This document shows positions 55,539-64,000 of a DNA stretch of 64,000 nt, piece by piece; positions within the stretch are counted from its first letter, which is position 1; each line of letters opens with the position of its first letter. The DNA is from Azolla caroliniana (Eukaryota > Plantae > Polypodiophyta). Below the pieces are notes generated by a model. That model was not told the origin of the DNA. It searched no databases and worked only from the letters and a program-made list of their open reading frames with translations. The position numbers and the translations under genes are program-made. The stretch spans positions 20,212,001 through 20,276,000 of the forward strand of contig JBHGNT010000007.1 in NCBI GenBank assembly GCA_043228905.1, given 5' to 3'.

Positions 55539-58040
55539 TAGAACAAGAAGCTATATTAGTGAAAACTAGAATTACATCCAATAGTAACTAAGTTACAAAA
55601 GTTTGGTTTAAATACCAACTAGAGCCTAGTGTGTCCACTGCTAGTGTGAAATCACTTCATTGGGAAAGTTGAGTTTGATTCTTAACACGCCCCTTCGAAC
55701 ACAACTTTTGGACGCCGAAAAATTGATTCGGTTCGGTCTTCGAAATACTTCGATTCGGCTGAATCGGCTTCGACTTTCAAATTACCTCAGCTTTTGGCTA
55801 TTTGTCTGAATGGTCAGTCAAGAAGGTTTCGACTGTTCGATTGCTTCATGCGCCTTGTTCAGCTCGATTGTCAACATCATACTTCGACTCCTCTAGTTGG
55901 GTTCGATCGACTAATCGGCTACTGCTATTATTTGGTACTCCCCCTCAAGCTCGGCAATGCAAATAGTGTGAGACCAAGGTCCGTTGTAAATTGCCTGAGC
56001 TTGTCAACTCCTAAGGCTTTTGTGAAGATGTCAGCAACCTAAAGGTTCGTGCTTATTTGTTGTAGGTCGACATCTCCATCCTGGGCGCGCTCTCGGATGA
56101 AGTGATAGTGCACTTCGATATGCTTCATGTGCGTATCAACATGGAACACTGGGTTTTGAGCTAGATAAATATTGTTCATGTTGTCACAGTATAGGCAAAT
56201 TGGATCATTGATGGGAATGCCCAGATCCTTCAATATGGGTTTGAGCCAAATAGCTTCGCATGTGGAGACTGCCACACCCTTGTATTTGACCTCTATGCTC
56301 GACAATGCGACTATCAGCTGCTTTTTGCTACTCTAGAAGTTCGCTTGCTACCGAGGGAGAAGACGAAGCTTGACGTTGATCGTCTATCGGCCTTATAGCT
56401 GGCCCAATTTGCATCTGTGTACCCTTCAAGCCGAATGATCGTATCGTACTTATACATGATGCCATAGTCCATCATCCCACGGACATACCTAAGTACTCTC
56501 TCAGTGTAGTCGAGATGAACATTTCGAGGGTTCTACATGAATTGGCTATGTAGACCAACCGAACAGCTAAGGTCGGGTCGTGTGATGCTTAGATAGATTA
56601 AGTTGCCGATCAGTTGACAATACTAAGTTGGCTCGCAATCTTCTGTTCCTGAATTGACATTGAGTTTGATGTTTCGATCGAGAGGGGTAGACACAGGTTT
56701 GCACTTAGTCATCCCGAACTTGTAGAGCAAGTTGAGAATGTAGTGTCGTTGAGAGATCAACATCCTGAGTGGTGTCCGAATTACTTCAATACCGAGGAAG
56801 TAATGGTGCTCATGCATATCTTTCATTTCGAATTTGCCGGATAGGAGCGATTTAACCTTATTAATGTTGGCTAGATTCTTTCCTCCGATTTCCAGATCAT
56901 CCACATACAGGATGATGACAATCGGGTTGTTCGACTCATTTTTGATGTACAGGGAGTTGTCCGATTTCGACATTCGGAAGCTGATTTGGTGAAGATGTTG
57001 GGTGATCTTCGAATGCCAACACGCGGTGATTGATTGAGTCTGTACAATGGTTTCTTGAGTTGACAAACTGTTGTCAGATGTTTGCTTGATTCGAAATCGG
57101 GTGGTTGAATAATGAAGACCTCCTCTTCTAATTCGCCTTGTAGGAAGGCGTTCTTTACATCCATTTGGTAGAGGCGTTCGATTTGAGGATGAACATTCGA
57201 CCTTCTCTTCGATTGTGAGCTACTAGTCGGCCTTCTTTTTCAATAAAGCACCCGTCATTATTGAATCATACTTGCATTCCTTGTTTGACAATCTGGCCGA
57301 CCGAGACCCGGTTTTTCGTGATGGTTGGGACACGCAAGATGTTCTTGAGGTAGGTTTGTTTGCCGTCATTTCTGAATGGAACATTTTCGATATGCTGAAT
57401 CGGGTGAGTTGTGTCATCTCTGGCTTCGACATATCTGGGTCGATCGGGCTTTCTCAACTCTCGGAACCAATCTTCGTGAGACATCATGTGATTGGACGCT
57501 CTAGAGTCTACAAACCATACATTGTCTGTGGAAGAGGTGTTGGTCAAGCTTTGTGCCGACATCAAATGTGCTTTGTGCCTCATTACGAACATTCCGCCAT
57601 GATCGTCATAGTCGAAATTCGTGGCATAGTTTGTGAGTTGTCAGCTAGTCAAAACCGACTTTCATTTCTTCTTTCGGCACTCCTCTTCGTAGTGGCCAAG
57701 TTTTCCACAATACCCGCATTTGATCGGGCTGTTTTGGTGGCTCGGTCCGGCAGGATGGCTCCCTCTTTTGCTGAACTCTCTAGGAGTGTTTCTGGCCTCT
57801 TGCCAATGATGGGAATTGCGTTCTCGGGTCGGTTGACCTTGTCGGCCTCTGTTTCCTCGGCTGAATCCTCTTCCATCATTTGATTGGAGTAGAGCATCTA
57901 ACCATCATGTGCATTGCTCCTTTGTCGGGCATGATTTTCTTCAACCAACAATATCGATTGAAGGTCGAAAAAAGAGGGCGGATTCTCCCTTGCAAGAATT
58001 GTTGTAGATGCGGCCGTTTAGTGCGGAACAAAATCAACGT
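55441..58040 (-). mobile_element. Degenerate Ty1/Copia (Copia-D) with integrase deleted; Gypsy-X probably sits in its 3' LTR
   Basis: Protease WFVDSRASNH, RT DVKNAFLQG and LYVDDL, RNase H KHIEVHYHFIRE. PPT-like GAAGGGGCG then TGTTAAG at about 55687. The protease region joins directly to RT near 57170-57220. Confidence 0.75.
55455..55535. repeat. (GA)n microsatellite of about 40 units
   Basis: Direct reading. Confidence 0.95.
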
Positions 58041-58540
58041 TCTTCTGGTAGAAGATCAATAAGCAGATACAATCAAGGTTGATTGATGGTAATAGAGACA
58101 AAAAACAATGATCCACTTAGAACGCAAGAGAGAGAGACGATTAGGCACAAGATGAACTATATTTCAACAACCACTTTCAACTAGGTTACAAGGTCAATTT
58201 ATATATCGACTAACTTAGGGCAACTACCCTTCTCATTATTTACATAAATAGCCTAAACCTAGTGTTTACAAAGAGAAACAATGTGAATACGTCCATTAGA
58301 GACCCGCATACAACACTCCTCCGTAATGGGCATATACATCGAAAATATGTAAATCGAAATGAATGTACAATACAGATTGATACAAGGTTTTCAGGCAAAT
58401 TGAAATTTCGTTTGAGTTGGTGAACTTCAAAAAACAAAAGGCCGAACTGGCTGAGGTTGTGGAAACTAAGGCCGAACTTCGAACGGTCGAAGTTGATTAT
58501 TCAAAAACATCCTAAGTGTCTGACTTAATCTAGTGCCGAC

Positions 58541-59522
58541 AGGATCTGAATCGATCCGCTGAAAGACACTTGGTCATCCCATCTGCGACATTATCGGTTG
58601 TAGATATTTTCTCGAGGCCAATTTTCCCTGAAATGACGCAGTCCTAAACAAAGTGATATCGATTGTCAATGTGCTTCGAGGCATTGTGATGAACTGGATT
58701 TTTTGACAGAGCGACAACGCCATGACTGTCACTGTAGACAACTGGAGCCGAGTCGGATTCAACTTGTTGAAATGTGCAAGCCAACTGACCGAGCCATAAG
58801 GCCTCTTTCACCACATCGAACGCAACTACGTATTTGGCCTCGGTCGTTGATGTGGCAATGCACTCCTGAAGTTTTGATTTCCACGAGATTGCTCCATTGG
58901 CGAACAAGCATTATCCGGTTGTCGATTTTCGACTATCCACACAACCGGCAAAGTCCGAGACGGTGTAGCCGACTATGCCTGAAGTGTCGTTTGAACCAAA
59001 TAGAATGCTAAGGTCTTTTGTGCCCACCAGATATCTGAACACATGCTTTACTACGTTCGAGTGCGATCGGCCAGGCGTGAGCAATGTCAGGTCGTGTCGC
59101 GACCATCATGTACATCAAGGAGCCGATTGTAGGTGCATACGATACCGACTTCATAATGTCCCCCTCCGAACCGGATGTCAGGTAGTCTCGCTGCGACAGC
59201 CAAAGGCTAAAAGGGAGCAGGGTCGAAGCAGGTTTGGCCGATTGCATGTTGAAGCGTTCGAGGACACGGGTAATACAGTCGGATTGGGACAAAAACAATT
59301 GTCTTCGATTTTGATTTCGACTAATCTTCATACCGAGATATGTCTTGTCGGACCGAGGTCCTTCATGGAAAACTTTAACCACAGTTGCCGAACGAGTTCG
59401 GCCAGCTCTCCGGCTCGCCGACTAGAGATTAGCATGTCGTCTACGTAGATGATGAGGAAGATGGGTGACCCATCTCGAGCTGTTTTCGTGAAGAGATAGT
59501 GGTCCTCATCGCTCTTTGAGAA
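58541..59522 (-). mobile_element. Ty1/Copia RT-RNase H fragment (Copia-E), interrupted at 59523 by Gypsy-X copy 2
   Basis: YVDDMLI at about 59425-59450, IGSLMYMMVATRPDIA, ISWKSKLQ, SKHIDNRYHFV. Confidence 0.8.
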
Positions 59523-60862
59523 TGTTACCGGTTAGGAACACAAGTTACCCTCAGTCCTTTGAGGTAACTTACAATGTGATTGTAGTGCAAGAGAATAGGG
59601 ATGCGTAGTGCGTGATCAGTAGGACGTAAGGAGGAGACGGCTACAACCTAGCCTCCTTAGGGCGCAGTACCCAATGCATACTTACCTTGTGTTAACTATA
59701 ACACAGTCTTGTACAGAGAACGAGACACAGAAACAAGACACTAATCAACCAATGGATAGGACACCAAGATCAGAGAAGGTAACTATATTAAAACGACAAT
59801 CTCATAATACGCTAGCTCTTAACAATGGTCTCTCGCCCTTTATATACACAGGGCTTACAATAGGTAATGCTCCCTGCGTAATACCGTTACATGCGTTACT
59901 TTAACGCTCCTAATATAATACTCTATTCTCCATGCATTATGTTTGGCGGTTACAATTCCGACAGACAACACTTGGCACGCCTATGGGACAGTGCCATGGC
60001 ACGTCGAACCCACATGCTTCCTATTCGTCGCCCAAAATGTTGAGGATGTTCAGCTCCGTTCGTTGGTCATGCCCGGCCGGTGCGTCGGCTTTTGTGTTGT
60101 TCTCATCACGTGGCTCCGTTAGTTCGCCATGCGCTGGAGACGACGTGATGTCTGTAGGTGCTTCGTCGTTCGGTTTGGCTGGCGTGTCTATCTCCGTGTT
60201 GACTTCTTCATGTGGTGTCGTTGTGGTAGGCTTCGTAGGTACGCTCTCCGGGACATTTCTTTGTGGCTCTGACGAGGGCTCTTCCAGGCGTGGGCAGGCG
60301 TTCGTAGGTACGCTCTCTGGGACATTTCCTTGTGGCTTCAACGAGGGCTCTTCCTGGCGTGGGAAGGCATCCAAGTGCTGCTTCTCTCCGCTCATAACGT
60401 CCGCGATGTTGCTCGGTGTAGTTATTTCCTCGGGTGCGTGAGTTGGGTTAGGCCGGGGCTCGTTTGGTTCGGCGGAGTCGCTGTCTGGTACTGTTATTGC
60501 CTCTGCCCTTTGACTCTTGTTGTTGAGCTCCATTAACTGGTGGAAGATGACTTCCTGACTTCCCTGAAATCGTCTAGTAGCTATGTGAGTTCTTCGGAGT
60601 GTTGGTTAGCGAGCGTTTGATAATCCTGTGTGAGGTCCTCTCGTACAGTCGCAATGCTTTCCTCATTTAGTTTGTAGAAGCCTCTGCCCTCTTTGCGGCG
60701 GTTTTCCCAGTCCGCCCGATAAGTGTGCAATTCCGCTGCTTGTGTAGTCCAAGCTACCCATCCTTTGTCTAACGCTGTTTTCAACTACATTGTAAACTGC
60801 TCACGATTTGTTTGCAGGAGTACGCGTACATTGTCCGTTATCGTTTGGACGTGGGCTTGCGC
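59523..60862 (-). mobile_element. Gypsy-X family copy 2: complete 3' LTR (59523-59970) and 3' end of the extra ORF
   Basis: LTR TGTTACCGGTTAGGAACAC...GACAACA is homologous to and co-oriented with 54965-55435. ORF KTALDKGWVAW...ADWENRRKEGRGFYK is homologous to 34968-35240. Interrupted at 60863. Confidence 0.85.
59973..59989 (+). promoter_or_regulatory. Inverted tRNA-Arg-type PBS at the PPT position of Gypsy-X copy 2
   Basis: TGGCACGCCTATGGGAC begins 2 nt from the U3 edge of the LTR and shares TGGCACGCCT with the true PBS. No purine tract is present. Confidence 0.75.
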
Positions 60863-63800
60863 TGTCGTGATGTGGCATGTCTAGTGCGAGAAAAAGTCAA
60901 AAAATTGAGGATCCACACACATTTCACGAATACTTGTAAACATGGCATAGGTAAATCAGTAATAAATAAACCTAGGTCACAATGGCATTGAGTGCATGAA
61001 GAGGGCTGCAAGTAGGATTTGAACCTTGCACCTCTAAGATAAGAGGCAATTAACTTACCACTAAAGCTACTACTAAGTACTTTAGAATTTCTATATTTCT
61101 TTCTCATATTCAGTATTCCGTAGGAAACAAACGTACAAAACTGTGTACACAAAACCATGGTTTTTTGCATGTCACGAAGCAAAATTGTGTGCACAGAAAC
61201 CATGTCTCCAAGCCCATGGTTTTGTGCATGGACAAACCTATAAAACCCATAGTACAACTTGTGTAAAGGGGGGGGCTCAATATGTGATATTATCATCATC
61301 ACCATCACCATCAATATAATAATCTTCTTCTTATTATTCTTGTTTATCTTCTTCTCGAGTGTAAAACTTTCCGATCTTCTCAAGTGTAGTGCTCATTGTT
61401 TCCCCAAATCTTACATTCAAATTGTCCTCTTCTCAATAACTCCTCGGTCCAAGACCCTAGTGGTCTCGTTCAAGCGAAGCACGCACGCACATCTTCACGA
61501 CATCTTTTGGTGAAGCCGACGTGAAGAGCGGCAGGGGAGGATGAAGATGGACGAGGAATATCTCATGAAGGCAATGTCGAAGATGATGATGGAATTTTCG
61601 AGAGAAGGTAAAAGACGAGATGCGGCCCAACAAGCCATCGAAAACGTGGTCGAGCGAGTCAGCTATTTCGACGGGGGCATAGTCCAAAATTTTCTAGACA
61701 CCTACAATGCCGAGATGGATTCGAGACGTGTAAAAGAAGCTATGAGGCTGGAGTACTTTTGTCGGGTGGTGGCTGAACCGAACTACAAAGAGGTAAAAGA
61801 GCTTCAAGAAGCTCATGATTCGTGGGTGGCTTTCAAGGAGGCTCTATTGGAGGCATATGGCTACGAGAGACCGAAGGGACAAAGTTTGTACAAGTTCGAC
61901 CAATGGGTGTCATCAATGAAGACCTACCAGAGTGCCATGGATGTGTTAATTGAGTAGAGTGTCGCTTTGCTCAACTTTCAGAGCGGCATCGAAGATTGGT
62001 AGGGGTGAATAAAGTTCCACTATTTGTAAAGTCAATCGATTGGAATGAAAGGAAGGCCATTGGAATCCAACTCGAGGATGACGATCGTGCAAATGGCCTC
62101 ATCGAGGATTGGGACAAAGTGGAAAGGGTATGCCGACAACACGATGAGAGGAAGATGAGATTCTCGTCGACAACAACACGACCAATGAGGGATGTTCAAA
62201 GGAGAACGGGATGTAATACACCACCACCAAAGGAAGAAAACTCAAAGCGGGAAGACTCAATACTCAACATAGAAGCCTTAATGAGAGAAGCATTCAAGAA
62301 CTTAAAGGTGCAAGGTGATGTTGAAGAGGAGCTTAAAATGGAGCGAAAACCGAGGAGAACGGTGATTGAGGAAAAAGAGACCTTCCAACAAATATGGGTT
62401 AATGAAGTGGCCGATACAAAGGCTCAAGTTTTTTATGACAATACCAAGAGAAAAGGTGCAAAACAAGTCACCTTCTCATATTGCAGAGAAACAAGGGTCA
62501 AGGATAAGGCCGAAGACTCGAGAGCAGGAAATGCCGTTCTAAGAGTGGACAAGCATTTCGGAACACACATTGTGTCTGAAATATCAAGTGATGAAGGTGC
62601 AAGCGTGAGCAAAGCTTGCGTGATCGAGGGAGATAAAGAGTGCAAGGTCGACGTGATTGAGGAGGTAGCCACGAGAAATGACATCAAGACAGAGATGGCT
62701 ATGGACGTGTCGATGGCGGATGGTCGTGTCGAGACTTTCCCAACACTTGATCTAGAGACTTGGGCAGTTGCGTTCGAGAGCCAACATGAGACCCAAGAGA
62801 CGGAAAGTGGTGGGGAAGCAAAGATTGAAGCCAATGGGAATGAAAACGTTGACGGAAAGATGGTTATGGATGAGAAGACAATGACTGATGGTGCCAAGGT
62901 TCTCCCCACAATTGTTCTTGAGACTTCGGCAGTTGTGCCAGAGAGCCAACATAAGACCGAAGATATGGAAGGTGGTGGCGAAGAGATGAGGGTTGAAGCC
63001 AATGCATACGAAGTAATGATGGCCAACAAGTAGGCCAAACACAAAGCTAAAACAAAGTTTGATAAAGAGACAAATAACAACAAGCAAGGAAGAACCAAAA
63101 AAAAATCTGGATGGAAGATGATGCGGTTGGTTTTCCGATCTGAACGAAAGCCAACCCAAATAGGAGTTGATCTACCGGGTCCTACCCAATCGAAACCCAA
63201 TCCGGCCGAACTTGATCAGTCAGACCCGATCCAGAAGGGAGTAGACTCAGTTGAAGCCGATCGTGTGAGTCTGATTTGGCTGATTGCGAATTCGAACAAA
63301 CCCGACCAAGCCAAAAGCTGATTGGTCAAGACCACTTTAGACAGAATTTGAGCTAGTTTGGCCGGAGGTCGAAGCAGACAAGACGTGACACCCGGTCGAG
63401 GCTGGTGAGCATGAGGAAAAGCAAGCATGAGATAAGAAAGGACGATCCGAGGAAGTTTGATGACCAAGGAGATGGTCGAGATGAAGGTGGCACATGTACG
63501 ATGCATGAAGGGTTACGCTCTGGAGGAGAAAAAGAGGCTATGACAACTGGTCATGGCAATACGAAGGGCAATTGAATGATATGGTGGATCAGATGGCGAC
63601 GATGGTTGAGCTAGAAGGAATGGACGAGCTCAAAATGGAGGGACAAAGGCAATGCGGGCAAGGCACAAGAAAGGAGCAAGTCAAAGGTTGACAACCTTTG
63701 GCCCCACCACATCACTCTTTTCCTTCTTGGCACATGCCAGAGGATGTGCGGTTTGGTGGGGGTGGATGTCGTGATGTGGCATGTCTAGTGCGACAAAAAG

Positions 63801-64000
63801 TCAAAAATTGAGGATCCACACACATTTCACGTTCACGAATACTTGTAAAAATGAAAATAAATCAGTAATAAATAAACCTAGGTCACAATGGCATTGAGTG
63901 CATGTAGAGGGCTGCAAGTAGGATTTGAACCTTGCACCTCTAAGATAAAAGGCAATTACCTTACCACTACAGCTACTACTAAGTGTTTTAGCTTTTCTAA
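60863..64000 (+). mobile_element. Non-autonomous gag-only LTR retroelement (TR-GAG-like); 3' LTR runs off the window
   Basis: 5' LTR TGTCGTGA(60863)...TCACGACA(61502). tRNA-Trp-type PBS TGGTGAAGCCGACGTGAA at 61508-61525. gag-like ORFs 61541-61957 and 61996-63033, no pol motifs. PPT-like GGTGGGGGTGGA, then 3' LTR from 63767. Confidence 0.85.

Noticed and set aside
58047-58541. Probable LTR between Copia-D and Copia-E
   Set aside because: LTR-like composition and a TG start on minus, but no partner LTR, PPT or TSD could be established.
59523-60862. Reading this LTR plus PBS as the 5' end of an ordinary plus-strand element
   Set aside because: The LTR TATA is on minus, no gag follows on plus, and the downstream sequence is homologous to the 3' region of minus-strand Gypsy-X copy 1.
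61005-61078. Functional tRNA gene
   Set aside because: A and B boxes are present but there is no convincing acceptor stem or 7-nt anticodon loop, and it is duplicated with the LTR. Reported as a tRNA-like module only.
62433-63200. 255-aa minus-strand ORF
   Set aside because: Antisense shadow of the acidic gag-like ORF, with no independent motifs.

Overview
Eukaryotic nuclear DNA from a seed-free vascular plant, most likely a fern (inferred from the style of the PLS-PPR genes, a Tcn1-like chromovirus and the GT/GA microsatellites). A gene island at about 10-33 kb holds a 7-exon mitochondrial complex I subunit (NDUFS8/TYKY, minus), two divergent PLS-E PPR genes and an 8-exon Alba/RGG gene (minus). 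It is flanked by retrotransposon nests. Left: a Copia inserted in a related Copia, followed by LINE fragments. Right: a 20.6-kb Ty3/gypsy (TSD AAGTG) carrying an extra ORF that is split by a complete Copia (TSD CTTCT) and a chromovirus (TSD CTCCG), then degenerate Copias, a second copy of the gypsy family and a gag-only LTR element. The most unusual signal is in the gypsy family. It has a normal tRNA-Arg-type PBS beside its 5' LTR, but where the polypurine tract should be, beside the 3' LTR of the second copy, there is a second, inverted tRNA-Arg-type PBS. This suggests tRNA priming of both strands or a 5'/3' RNA panhandle. Also notable: a Tf1-like 11-nt self-priming signal in the chromovirus, tRNA-like A/B-box modules inside LTRs, and an in-frame triplication of the RT YVDD segment. 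All coordinates and alignments were read by eye; nothing was computed or searched.
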